From contig OX597822.1 in the NCBI GenBank assembly GCA_951406725.2, forward strand, positions 87,544,001 through 87,608,000: a stretch of 64,000 nt of DNA, written 5' to 3'. Under the pieces are notes generated by a model. That model was not told the origin of the DNA. It was given only the letters and a program-made list of their open reading frames with translations, and did no database searches. The DNA comes from Octopus vulgaris. Lineage: Eukaryota. Numbering within the stretch: the first letter of the stretch is position 1; the number at the start of each line of letters is the position of its first letter. Of this stretch, positions 42,901 to 57,900 are shown in pieces. The translations under genes and the position numbers were made by a program.

Positions 42901-45900
42901 GTGATTGAGTGAATATGAGTGAGTGAATGTGAGTGAGTGAATGTGAGTGAGTGAATGTGAGTGAGTGAATGTGAGTGAGTGAGTGAATGTGAGTGAGTGA
43001 GTGAATGTGAGTGAGTGAGTGAATGTGAGTGAGTGAGTGAATGTGAGTGTGTGAATGTGAGTGTGTGAATGTGAGTGTGTGAATGTGAGTATGTGTCTGA
43101 GTGTGTCCCAGTACTGGGCTAGTGCTTTATCAATCCTGGAAGGATGAAAGACAAAAGTGACTTCAATGGGACTTGGTGGGATTTGAAGCATCACCCTTTC
43201 AACCAGCAGGCAGCCAAAACTCTCCAAATCTTCAATATGTTCAATGAATACAAGAATAAACTATAATGTACAACTATTTAGAAAGAAACTGTGTTCTTAG
43301 AGAAAAGTCTTTAAAGAAAATTCTAACCTGTGTTTTACGAATCATTGAAGGATTATCACTGCCACTTTTAATGAGTCTGGTAGCTTCTTTGCCAAGTGCA
43401 TTAGCCACACCTTGATAGGTTTGTCGGTCAGTCTCTAACACCTTATTTTTTGCCAACAATCTGTCAGCAGCATTTTCATCTTTACCATAATCCGTGCTTG
43501 ATAAAATCTCCATTTGGTAGTTAATCCAGCTTGTTACTTCTGCTACTTCTGATAAATACTTTGAAAATAAATTTTGAAGTCCATTTTTATAGTGATTAAC
43601 AAAATGAAATAAATTTAACTGGAAAAAGAATTTTTTCCTAACTAGTTGGTACATGTAAGATTTGAGTATCATTTGAACCTTAAAAAAGTCCAAAATAATT
43701 CCAATAACTGGCTAATATGTTGCATAATTCACTTGTTTAATCAACGGGTTCAAAAATACAATGAGCACATAATATATCCATTCAAATCTATCAGTAATTT
43801 TGAAGAAGTAAAACATATGCTAAAATAAATAAATAAATAAAAGAATGAGAGAATGTAGAGCTGTGGTGTCAGGATTATATTTCTAATATATTGATTCCAT
43901 GATCAGTAAATGATGTGGAAATAAACACCGAAATATGTAATGAGCAGAAATAAATTAATCTACTTTGAGTAATGATGACAATGAAATGAATATCTATTCA
44001 AATCTAAGTTCAGCTGTTGAAAGAGGTTGGTAGAGAGAATATAATCAACTACATGAGTTTATAATTGATACTTAGTTTATCAACCAGATCAGAATTTTAA
44101 CTAAAATTTGGTAGGATTTGAACTTAAATTATTGTCCTCATTTACTTCAATACTACAACTGTTTTTAGCTTTCACACCCAGCTAAGGCTGATGCTACTGA
44201 AATAGAAGTGAAATGAAATGTTTGTCATCTAAAAATTTCTACAATAATTAGTATTATCACCATCATTTGTCTCTGATTGATACATAAGCACTCCCACCCC
44301 AGGTTTGTTAACATTTCTATTAATGCTCCCTTTGGTGGAGAGGAAACTACTCTCCATTCCACCGTAACTTTCCATACACAAGCATTATCCACATGCCATC
44401 AAGATACTTTATGTCAAACCCGTATCACTACTAAGAGCAGAGACCTCAAAAACATTTTCCAATATTGACATGGAAGAAGTGCCACTCACAAAGAGTGGAA
44501 GGAATCCAAGGTAGAGGGACACCAAGGAAGACATGGGATGAGGTGGTGAAGCATGGCCCTTAAATGTTGGGCCTCACAGAGGCAATGACAAAAGACCTCT
44601 AGAGGTATGCTGTGACTGAGAAGACTCAGCAAATAAAGTGAGTCCACAGCTGTAACCTACACCAGTCTCACAAAACCAGTCCACTCAAAAGTACCTTGGA
44701 TCGTAGGGCAACATGCTGTGCTTGAGGAGACCTATTGAGTCAATAGATCAATCAACATCAGCAATATCAAAATCAAATCAAATGGAAATTATAATTGTGA
44801 GCCCCATGCCGGTAGCATGTAAAAAGCACCGTCCGAACGTGGTCAATGCCAGTGCCGCTTTGACTGGCTTCCGTGCTGGTGGCACGTAAAAAGCACCATC
44901 TGATCATGGTCAATGCCAGCTCCTCTGGCCCCTTGTACTGGTGGAACGTAAAAAGCACCCACTACATACTCAGAGTGGTTGGCGTTAGGAAGGGCATTCA
45001 GCTGTAGAAACACTGCCAGATCAGATTGAGGCCTGGTACAGCCTCCTGGCTTCCCAGACCCTAGTTGAACCATCCAACTCATGCCAGCATGGAAAACAGA
45101 CATAAAACGATGATGATGATGAGTCTCATCCCCTTTAACAAAACAAAGAGACAATTATTACACACATCAAGGCTACAGTCTTCTCTTTCACATTTTCTGG
45201 TATGGGCCAACATACAATTAAAATCCTCAAAGTCCCTCTAAATGTTAGGCCACACAACTACTGATCATCTTCCTTAGCAATTTCACTAACATTCATAATG
45301 TAGCAAAACAACAACTGCATGCCAAAGACTGGTCTTTCTCTTTAGGAACAGAAAATTAGTGACTGTTTGTAGTAGAAGAAACACCATGAATTACTGTTCA
45401 CACATCTGGCAAAGAACTGTTACACATACATATTAGACCTCATCTAAGATAATCAAAACACTCAGCTGAGTGGCAAAGATTTTCTCCCCTTCACACTACT
45501 GTCTCCTCATTACTCAATCTAAAACTACAACAATGTAGGTATGCTGTTACCTCTTTACTTACTCTAAAACTACAAAGGATATTGCACCTCAGAATAGCAA
45601 GTTACCCCTCACTAAACATTATCCAATGCACTCTTCTTTCCTTCTCTCATTATTCATGCCCTCCCTCCTACTTATCTTCGCACTAATCACTGTGCGAATT
45701 CCTTCCTCACTCAGACCTCAACCCTCAAGAATCATCTGCATTTACCTCAGCAGATATTGACAATCAGATGTTCAAACTGAACACCAAACTATATCAAAAT
45801 TAATAGCTTGGTGATGAATGGACAGAAAAGGTCATAGGTCTTGATCATTTCTACTAAATACCAATATAAACAATTGTGAATATTTATTTCTTATGTAAGT

Positions 45901-48900
45901 TATCATTCGACTGAAATAAATATTTATACCTTCTGAGTTTGTAAAGACAAATCTAGATTCTTCTTTCTGATCTTATATTTACGAAGTAGGTCATCCCAAG
46001 AGAGTTGCAGGTCCTGGCATTTGTCTTTTATAGACTTAGAAGCAAAGTGTTGTTCCTGAATGAGTTTTGCTCCAGTAGATAAAACTTTGTCTATCAGGGG
46101 TTGATGACCTTGAATTTCAACACCCAATTTCTAAAAATGAAGAAAAAAACAAAAAGAAATGAAGTGATAGTTTTAAATATAAAGGAGAAGAATTTCACAA
46201 GGACACTTTTTTTTTTTATATATTTTATAAAAAATCAATTCAGTGATTTATTTTTCATGAATCAAAATAAGAAAGTGAAAGAATGAAATTCAACAAAAGC
46301 CTGAAATTTTAATTAATTCAAATTTCAATTTTCAATAAAATTTCCATTTCAAATTTAGAAATATTTTTAGTTTGATGGAATATATCATTTTCTTCATTCT
46401 CTTACATCACAACAACCAGCATTTATTCATAAAAGCTTTAGTTGATCTAGGATCTTGCAGTTTGTTCCACTGATGATGTCTAATAAGACTGGAACATGTC
46501 TGGAGTTGTCCCTATCAAGACACTCCCCAATACATTCAAATTTAATTTTAATTCATATAAATTTCAACACTGTCTCTTCTGTTTTTCTTAACCAAAATTA
46601 TTCAATGATTCTTCTACTCTTCGCTAAAAGTATAATTTTAATTCACTAAAATTTCAGAGATGCTGAATGTGTACATCATGAATCCAGTTTTCCCTTCATT
46701 AAAAGTTACAATGCAATTTCAGTATATTGATAGTTACAAAGATGTTGACATTTTCTTGGGGATTATAGAATTTGACAGTCATGCACCTTCTTTTATTCAA
46801 AATGACATTTTGATGTGATTCTACAAAAACAGTAGAATCTTAGAATGGTAGAAGCTCGTTTTATCAGGATTACTCATCATCAAAGAAAGAGTAGTATTGG
46901 CTTCAAAGAAGCATATTTAACCTCAATACTTCAAAATATAGAGAGTTCATTAAAAGTCAGTAGGGGACAGCAGGAGCTATGTTTAATTAATGACAACTCA
47001 TCTAAGGCATAAATCTGCAAATTAAGTAATCGACCAGTGGGAATGACTGGTTATTTTGTACAGTAACTGAACACTGTGCTTTCAATTAGGAATTGTGATT
47101 GGTTCATATCTTCTCTGAGAAGCCATCAACAAATCATGAAATGGTCTATCAGGAGACCAGTGAAAATGTGTTTACATAGATCATTATCACAGTTAAGGTT
47201 TTCTAATATTTAAATTTATTTCAGTACTTCTCATTGTCACTCTGTGGTACTTAAAATATATTTCTGCTGATACTACTTCAATATATTCAGTCACCTATAG
47301 TAACATTTGTTTTTATTCCCCTCCCCCAACTCCCCTCCGCTACAAAGCCAACAAAGAAGCCTCTATGTAGTCAGTTAACCTTCTAGAAATAACAGTCAAA
47401 AATTTTACTCACATCTTAGCCTACTGTTGCAAAAAAAAAAAAAAAAAATGAATAAGGGCACATTAGGTAAAGTAATCCAAGCTACATTATACTTGAGGGG
47501 ACAGGTAGAATGAACAATATGGGAATGAATTTGATTACAGGTATACACAATCAGAGTTGAGTTGCATGAAGTATAATAGTGAATTCTAATAAGCTATATT
47601 GATATAAACAGCTAAAAGCAGGAATACATAGTCAACCATCTAAAATTTCAGAAGTTTCAAGAAGCAACAGGCTACTATTTCAGTCCACATTTCCTAAATG
47701 AAGGATACCCTCAACCCCAAACAAAAGCTAAGATCATTCCCCACTAAATGTCTATTTTTGATAAAGAGAATCAATTTTCAAAAATATAAAAGCATTATAT
47801 TTTTAAATATTTTAAAAACATAATTTTTTCTTTTAACAAATAAATTTATTAATTTTTAAGTAACACACTTTTCTGAGAGGTATCAATAAAGCTAAAATCA
47901 AATTTAATTTTAAAAACTCAATGAAAATACACCAAATACAAAAGAGATATGAGCCATATATGACCCTACCAAAAACAAAGCAACTCTACATAGTTATCTC
48001 TATTATAAATATATGACACTAATGTCAAGAGCAACAAAGACATAACTCAAAAAAATTGGAAAAGGAAAACAATATTCGTCAATAATTAACATTACTTCAG
48101 CAAGTATGGGGAACAACTAAACTTGATTCAGTCTTATCAGACCTCATCAGTGAAGTGTAGACATTGTAACTTTTGAAATAGTGATGGGTAAATCACAAAG
48201 TAAATGGACAATAGTGTACAATAGTAAACAGAAAAAACAAACAACTAATAAACAAAACACACAAGATGATTTGGTCTTTATTTTAAGAAATATCTGTAGA
48301 TGTTGTGTTGCTACCAAAATTGGGAAAGAAAATGCACCCGGAAAATCAGAGAATATCATACCTGATGTTTTGTGTGCAAATTCTGAGCCTCCAACAGGGT
48401 TTTACCATAATTAGTAGAAGAGACACTATGTAGCTTTTCTTTGATCCATAGAAGTTCATTATCAACATCAAAATTCATTTGGTGCCAACCATAAGCTTGA
48501 TTCAAAGTTTGCTTACGGGAATTAAACTTGGGTGTCAGTTTTTCAAATCTGGAAAGAAAAAAACAAAAAAACATTAAGAGTTAATCAAATAAAATTCATC
48601 ACAAAAACCAAGCTATAGATAATAATATTTGAAACAACATAACTAATATTACACAATACAAATCACAAGTATTACAAAAATAAAAAAATTAAAATTAAAC
48701 TAAACGGATTGTTAATTTTGATCAGAAAAAAAATCCTTTGAAATGATTCTTTAATGTTGCAAAAAGAAGAATTAACTTATATCTGAAATAATGAAATGAA
48801 AATAAACTTCTTTAAAATCAACTATATTTTTAACTGGTGCCAGCATGATGGAGCAGTAAAAAGCTTGCTTCCCAGCCACATCTTACCAGGTTCAGTCTCA

Positions 48901-51900
48901 TTGCAAGGCACCTTGGATAATTTTCTTCTATTATAGCCCTGGGTAGGCCAAAGACTTGTGAGTGAATTTGGTAGACAGAACCTCAAAGAAACCTGTCACA
49001 GGTGTTAATATATATGTTCAACTGTTAAAGGTCTCAGGATAATATGATAAGCGAAAGAAAAAGATGAAAAATTCATTGTTTCTGGTAAAGTTTAAGAATC
49101 CAAAAGTATCTTACTCAATATTAGCTTCATTTACACTCTGAATAATGTTAGCTTTGTTTTTGGGATCAGCTCTAGCTAATTCTTGACTTTGACAAGTTAA
49201 AACTTTCAAATTCTCTTCAACTGATGCTTTCTCATTTTCAAGGTTCTGAGAAAAAGAAAAAAAAAAGAAATTCTCAAGAAAGAAACTAGAATTCATTTTC
49301 AATCTTCAAAAAGGAAAAAAAAAGGAAATATATTTGTAAATTGATAATTTTGTTAACCTAATTTGTGCCTTATCATCATCATCATTTAATGTTTACATTC
49401 CAATGCTAGCATGGATTGGACAGTTTAGCAGGACATGATAGATCCGAAGACTGAATTAGACTCCAGTGTCTGCTTTGGCATGGTTTTTTTTATGGCTAGA
49501 TGCCCTTCCTAACACCAGCTCTTTTATAGCATATACAGGATACTTTTTTTTTGTGGTACAAGCAATAATGAAGTTACCATGCAGCCTAAAAGACTAGGAT
49601 TTCCTTAAACTGAGATGGCTACTACAGAGGTTTAAGTTTAAAATTGAAAAGATGGGATGGTCATAATTAGAATGCCTTTGATCAACTCAATCAGGGCTGA
49701 CCTGACATTAAACAATAACATTTTTTGAATAAAATGTGCTGTTTCATTTTCTCTAAAAGGAAATTTCCATGCCAAGTTACAACAATGTCTGCAATCAAAC
49801 TCTTTCTTCAAAAAGTAAATTTCTACCTTTTCATGCTAACATGATTGGTACACAAGAGGATGACACTCCAACTTTATCAACAGTGCAAAAGTGAGCAACT
49901 GAATTTAGAAGTGGAAGGGAGAGCGTTGGAGATGGCCCAAGGTCTGGACATCCTACAACTGTCACCACTGAGCAAAACATTGATTTATAGTCATTTGCCT
50001 GTCATCCATCAGCATGTGGTGAATATGATCAAACAGCCAAAGCTATTAGCATATCCTGTGAGAGAGTTGAGAATATTGTGCACAATGAACTTGGCATGAT
50101 GAAGGTTTCTACTCAGTGGGTGCCACATCTGACACCTGATCAAAAGCACATCACATCGTGGAGAAAATCTGATGTTGTTTGAAGCAGATCCAGTTGCTTT
50201 GAACGTTTCCTGACCCAGGACAAGTGTTGGCATCATCACTTTCAGCCAGAGACAAAGAGACAATCCATTAAGTGGAACACTTCTCCTCACATGCTCCAAA
50301 GAAGGCCAAGGTCTGTAAGGAAGGTGATGATCTCATTTTGTTTTTGGAACAAAGGCATTGTGTTTGTTGACTATCTTCAAAATAGCCACACCATTGATGG
50401 AGAGTACTATGCCATCTTACTGAATCAGTTACAAAAGGCTATCAAGACCAAATGTCCAGGAAAACTGATAAAAGGGTTCTTGTTTCAACAGAACAATGCT
50501 TGAGCACACAAGACCTTACATTCAGTGGCTGCCGTGTGTGACTGTGGCTTTGAACTGGTTGATCACCCTCTCTGTTCTCCTCATTTGGCTCCATCTGATT
50601 ATCACCTGTTCCCAAATGTGAAAACACTTGGCTGGGAACCAGCATCACAGTGATGATGACATCCTGTCTATTATCATTCTTTTATTCTTTTACTTATTTC
50701 AGTCATTTGACTGCAGTCATACTGGAACACTGCTTTTAGTCGAACAAATCACCCCTAGGATTTATTGTTTGTAAGTCTAGTACTTATTCTATCAGTCTCT
50801 TTTGCCAAACTGCTAAGTTACAGGGATGTAAACACACCAACATCAGTTATCAAGAGATGGTGGTGGGGGGGGCGGACAAGCACAGAAACACAAATATATA
50901 TATATATATGTAAGGTTGAAAGTTTGGTGGGTGATTACACGTGGCTGAATATATACAGAAAGAAATAAGATGAAAAACACAAGTGTTGTTTTACAAGACT
51001 AAAGAATATATTGGAATCCTAATGGAAAAAGTATTATACAATATTGTACAAAATAAGATTCTTTACTTCCAGTTTTCAAAATAAGATTCTTTACTTCCAG
51101 TTTTCAAATTTTGAGTTTTGGATGCAATTCTGAATTAGACATTTTGTTTGCTAGCGGGGATAATCGGTAACCAAGCTATTTTTTTTCAGGGAAGCGGAGG
51201 TAAATCTGTTATTTTCAATATTGGTCTATATTTGAATTTGACTTGCATCATACAATAATTTTCAATATGGGCTTATATTTTTCGATAAATGAGGCCTCTT
51301 TATACTTGTGTTGGGGTCCAAATAGCAGATGGATATAATGAGATTAGGAATTATGATTGCAGTCATTCTGCACATCTGTCAATGTTTTCACTGAGCTATA
51401 TCTGGTGATATTGTGAGGAAGATATCTGCTGTCTGTGAACTGTACATCTCTGTCTGATAGATATTCCTGTTGACCCTATATAGTTTTTATGGCAGCCTGA
51501 GAATCTAATTACATAAATGAGGTTTTCAGAGGCGCATGTGAAGTTCGATTTAATTTTGAATTTTTGCCCTTGTCTAAGAAAGATCTTCACAAATGCTAAA
51601 TCATTCTCAAGAATAATGGATGCAAGAGTAAAAAAGTGTGGTCATCCTAATTGCAGAACATATCCTAATATTTTGGAAGGAGAAGAATTCCATTTTAGAC
51701 AAGGGCAAAAATTGAAAATTAAATCCAACTTCACTTGCACCTTTGAAAACCTCATTTATATGATAAAAGTTTTATGGGGACATAGAAACCTAAATCATTT
51801 GTAAGTTTAGTGAGCAGAAAGTGCTCTTAAAAAGGGGAATATATAAGGAATGATTTTGAAAATAAAAAAAATACTTTATCCTACATAAATGGACACTTTA

Positions 51901-54900
51901 TTGAAAATATTCTTGTGACTACATAGCTGGATGCAACCAACTCAAAAGGATCATAAAGTGAGAGTTTGGAAAATATGATTCCCATAGATCAAATTTTAAA
52001 TATAGTCAGGATCAAATTACAATTCTTGATGCTTGTAGTGATAATATCCATTAAAGAGTTAAGGAAATATACAAACCTGGTGTTTCTTTAGAAGATCTTT
52101 ACAATTCCGAAGATCAGACCCAACATCTTCACATTTGACTTTGTTACCAAGTTCTGTTATACTTACCTAATATTAAAAAAAAATTGTAAAATAAATATGT
52201 TCTAATGCTTAGTTTGAGTAATATTCAATAAATATTTAGTGAAAACATCAAAGGAATGCATTTATAATTCACTTCGTTCAACTTTTAGGTTCAGCATTTA
52301 AGAGTCAAAGTATTTGTACTTTAGAGATCAGATCATATAATTCACTCAGATATGGTAAATCTCAAGTCATCAACATTTTACAACCACAAATAGACAATCA
52401 ACCTAACTTTTTCATAGCAATATTCAACCCGCTGGCTTCAAGTAGTTGTAATACATTATAGATGTCTGTTTTATTTAATTTTTTTAAATCAATATCCAAT
52501 GTTATTAAATGTTTCATCTTTCAACTATAAATATTACCAGTAAAAATCCCTAACATGTTTAAACATTAACAGAAAAGTTGGAATATAATAACAGAAAAGG
52601 AGAGAATCAAAACTTACAATGGAATCATCAACACTCTTATTGAGATCTCCAATCTGTGAAGCATGGTTTAAAGTACTGGATTGATTTACAGAATTTTTAT
52701 ATAATTCTTCCCACTGTTTATTCACTTGACCGAGAATGTCTTGCACCTCTTTAGAGTTTTCATGACCAGAATCAAGCAAAGCCTTTCCATCCTACCAAAG
52801 TATAAATGATATAAAAATTAAAACAAAATCATAAAACAGTCTTATTAATGCAAAATGAACAAAAATCATTTGATCAGTAATTTTTTTACTCTACACACAC
52901 ACCTGAAAATTTATTCAAATAGATATGACATTTAGTATGGAATGAATATTGTGTGGCACAAATATAACTGTGTGGTTATGAAGTTCAGTTTTCAACCACA
53001 TGGTTTTGGGTTCAGTCCGCTGTGTGGCAGTTATCTCAAAACTTTGAACAACATCAAATTCACTCATCCCTCCATGAACACTCTCCAAGCTTTCCTATCA
53101 TTTATAAACTCTCTTGCCTCTCCTACTCCAACACCTCTAACCACCAAAGCTTTCCTCACTCCATCCATCCACACAAACCAAGGTCTGCCTCTGGTTCTGC
53201 TGCCTTCCACTTCTGCTTTCATCACCCTCCTTACCATCCTTTCTATGTCACCAAACCACCTCAATATTCGTCTATCCATTTTGGTTGTTAGTTTTTTTTT
53301 CATTCCTGCTTGCCTTCATACCTCCTCATTCTGGCTATCCATGTCACACCAACCATAGCCTTCAAATATTGTATCTCAAAAAACAAATATTGTATTGCCA
53401 AAATACTTCTCACATCTGCCTTACTATAAATATTTGATCTGCACAGCCCCTTCCACTCCTAAAACTGCACTGCTCCTCCCCTAGTACACTCTCTGTCTGG
53501 TTCCTCACCCTTACAATCAGAATTCTCCCATACAGTTTACCAACCACACACAACAGACTTACACCCTTAAAATTTCTACATGCTCATTTATCCCCTTTCC
53601 CTTTGTACAGTGACTCTGTACAAGGGCACTGCACCAGTCCTTTGGTACGCTTCCACCCATATAACAAGCATTCATAGGCCTCAGTAACCATCCAATCACT
53701 GTCGCCACTTTCTTCCTTTAAGCATTCTACTGTATACCCATCTATATCTGATGCCTTCTGGTTTGCCATCTTCCGCAAGGATTTCCTTACCTTCCTTCCA
53801 AATGCACTGTACTGCCATTCCCCAACAACAGGCATTCTCCTCTCTCCTCCTACAGCCACTATACTAGCCTCCCTAATATTCTCAATTTTTAACAGCTCAC
53901 TAAAATACACTGCTCATCTCCTTTGTCCATCCTTACTTCCTTTCAACAAATTTCCATTTATATCCTTCACCCTTTCTTCCCTTCCTCCAACCATCTTTCT
54001 TACCCTCTGCACCTCTTTCCAGAACATCTTTTTATTTAAGGTAAGGTAATATTATGCGGAGAAAATCCCTGGAGAAGGACATCATGCTCGGGATGGTCAG
54101 TGGTAAGAGAGGAAGAGGCCGACCAAGAACCCACTGGCTTGACACCATCAAGAGAGATACCAGAATGGACATAGCCAATCTGAAAGAAGCGGCCCAGGAT
54201 AGAACTGACTGGAGGACAATGATCCATCGAGTAACCGAGAGTCGACTTCGACTGAGCGGATATATAGAGAGAAGGATATATAGGGAGAAAATGCAAATTA
54301 GTCAAATTTAAAATGTAAAACCAAAAGAAAAAAAAAGAAATAGTCAGTCAGTTTTATAACTATTATAAAAACTCAAAGAATTTGACCAAAACAGCCATCA
54401 TTTCGGACAGGATTGATGCAGAAGTACTTTAGAAACAAAATCGCAAAATGATGTTCTTTCAGACTATGGTTGACAACATCATAAAAAATTTTTTTTTTAA
54501 ATCCAACAAAACTCCAAATACCTTATTCAAAGACTGAAGCCATTCACTGTTAGCCTTTAGCTCAGCTTCAAAAGCTTGGTGTTTCAATAAGGCACCTGAT
54601 AAATTAGTGCTACCTTTAGAGGTGTCTTTAACTGATTGGTTTTTGTTTTTGATCCATTCAGACAGCTGAAAGAAATTAGAAAAAAAAAACTCAGAATAGA
54701 TTCATCTGAAAACAGAAATACTGCTGTTCCTACATTACATTCAGCCACCATATAAGATTTTCACTGATGCTTTGATGCAGCCTCGTTATTATGTCTTTCC
54801 TGCAGTTTCATTCATTTGTACAATTATCATTACTGTATTATCTAGTAAAACAGATCAAAACAGAGTTATCTCAAAACTTAATTCTTTGGAAAATAATAAG

Positions 54901-57900
54901 TTCATGCCACAAAAAAATAAGAAAAATTGAAAATGATTTGAAACTGGAATCTTGGTTGCAGACCTCTGTTGAGGAAAGGTGGGTTACTTTAAATCTCTAT
55001 CACATAAAACCATTTGAAAGCTCTCCACTCTGTTTTGAAACCTTAAATATCCAACACCTCCACTCATTTGGATCCACGTTCTAATATCAAATGGTTTCAC
55101 AGGTTACAGGTAAATATCCTCTTTTGTGGGCCAAGAAAATAAAATACATAACTGAATTAATCTGCAATATGAAAAAATTACCAAAGATGATCTTTAGAGA
55201 AGCTACTCACTTCATTAGCATTACGCTTGAATTCAAAAAATTTCCTAGCCTTTTCTAAGTCCTCTGCTCGTTTTGAAGCCTTTTCTTTCACTGCAGCTCG
55301 ATGCTGCAGAATTTGGTTCTTACGTTTACCAATACTAAAAGAAATTAGATGATAGTAAAAATGTAAACTTATGTGGAATTTTGAGAAAAAAAATACATCA
55401 TCTTTATTTCAAACCATTTTTTTAATGTCTAGTGCTGGGATTGTAGTTATACCCATTGCCAGTGGCATGTAAAAAGCACCCACTACACTCTTGGGGTGGT
55501 TGGTGTTTGGAAGGACATTCAACCATAGAAACCATGCCAAATCAGATTGGAACCTGATGCAGCTTACCAGTTTTCAGTCAAACCATCTAACCCATGCCAA
55601 CATAGAAAGTGGACATTAAACAATGATGATATTGAGTCAATACATGAACAAATGCATGCACAATCTTTTTATAAGAATTTCAGAATCTTTTCAGGTTTAA
55701 TTTTATTTCATCTTTTGTAAATATGTAAATTATTTTCAAAAGTATGCGTTTAAACAAAAAACAATTAGTAACCATTAAAAAACAAAACAAAAATATTCAG
55801 AATTCTATATTTTATTAAACTAACTTTGTTCCTAATTTCTTTCCAGCCAGCCACCCACTTCATTTAAATTAAACATTAATAACACTAACATAGCTTCAAT
55901 TTCCAGCTTTAATTTGTTTCATTAATTATAAAGGCCAACTTAACTGTATAACAGACTTCCAAGTAAAGCATTTATTGACAGCAAGCTACAGTATACACAG
56001 ATTACTATTGGGCCCCCTAGACCTGCAAGGCACCTTGGCAACTGCCAGTGTGCCCAAGTCTTAAGGTGATATTGATGATCCTGTCTTTATTGAAGATTTA
56101 TCAAGTGAGACTTCACCAGTACATTGGACGATTCAAAAACCTTCCTTGCTTGCTCATGATATTGTTTACTTGCTTCATGCAGGGTGGGTGTCATCCCAAC
56201 CTAGTGGTCCCAGAGATGTCATCATGTACAGAGCTGACCACATCAACCAGTGCTCTCCGTCATTGGCAGTCCTGTGTCAGACCCCCTACATCCTCCATTT
56301 AGTATTCTCTCTCTAAATGTTTCGTTGGTTATTATTCTTATATCACAGCTGCATTGTCTCACATGCAACTATTATTAACCCTCTTCAAAACTCAAGTGAA
56401 TTCTCCAACACAGATTTGCTCTCGTATCTAAACAGTGCTGACGTTATACACACACAGAGAGTGTGCAAACTATTCAAAGAAAGGCCAGTTGACTGATTGG
56501 CATGGAATTGTTCCCCATTACACCGTAACCTATGGCTGGGAGACAGACTGCTACTATACTAGCATCTGTTCCTTGGTACTTGTTGATATCATATTGTATC
56601 CATCAACCCAAGCCTCCATGCTAAGCACTATACTCAGACTTTGTTCATCATCAGAAACATCATGCTTCAGGAATTCTATCTCTGCACACTGACTACAACT
56701 GTCAACCTACAATTCAAGAAGAATAGTAATGACATCAATCTCACCAGTCTTATAAGGACTGGGAAGGTCACAGGCACTGACTCTCCTTCTAGACCAAGAC
56801 ATAAGAAAGAAAAGAAACAAAAACAATACGATTACAAAAACTAGATCTTGTATAATTGTAGAAATCAACATAAAATCTTCAAATGACAGTTCTAGTGTCA
56901 CAATCTGGTCAATTAAGACAACCAAATTACCCTCAAGTAACAATGTAGGACACATTAAAAGTGTAGGACACATTAAATAATATAGTCCTAGACACATTGT
57001 CTGAAAACAAAATAAGATAAGTAGGAATACTTCTGATCATAGGTTTGCTTGATTGCAGCTGATTTGGAGTTAAAACAACAACAGATATTTGTAGGTATTA
57101 CTTACTGTTCTGAGTCTGGATGATTTTCGTTCAACAATGTATCTGCCTTTTGTTTAAAAGCATTAACCCTTTCATCACCAGCTTTCATTTTGCTACAGAA
57201 AAGCTCATTTTGACGAATTTGACACACTACATCATCCAAAGAGTCCTACAAAAAATGACAACTGAAATCGTGTGAGATCAACAAAATAATCGCCTATCAC
57301 AGAGTGATAGAAATTATATCAAACAAAACATTAATTTCTCTTGAAACATGTCAGAGAAGGTAAAAAAAAAAGTGACTGAATTGTATTCACTGCAAAACTG
57401 GCAAATGGTGGTGAAGCGCCCAAGTTATTAAAGTGTTGGATAGAATGACCGACATGCAGTATTCATTCTAGACTTCAGTGCTCTGATTTTAAATCGTGCT
57501 GTGGTCAACTGTTCCATTCCTTCCCTCTAGGGTTTATTACACAGCACACCAGCACTGGGCAAATTATTTTCAATCTATCTGTCTGTCTTGCATAAATTGA
57601 GTTGTGATCAATACTTGAAGAGGAAAGGGCTCTGCTACGTTTAAACATACTCAAAGCATGCTGTGTCATGCTGACACCCCTATGACTCTACCAGAAGCTC
57701 AAAGCTTAAGAAAGGAAGACTCTTGCTAATACTATTGATATTACTGGTAAAGACATAAAGTTGACCGAGACAAGTTTGTTTGGACTAAGAACAATAAAGT
57801 ACTATGTTGGGTGTAGAGAAACATTTTGTCTGGAGTTCTATTGTTTAAGTTTTCACAAGCCTATTTTTAAAACATAAGAAACAAAACCATAATAAGCCAA

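Noticed and set aside
42865-43227. 120-aa ORF with HSLTFT repeats
   Set aside because: Translation of a simple satellite plus a SINE fragment.
36803-43561. AAG acceptors of w13 and w19
   Set aside because: Less common but canonical AG acceptors; the frame is maintained.
56090-56700. Possible old LINE fragment on the minus strand
   Set aside because: Too decayed to read a diagnostic motif.
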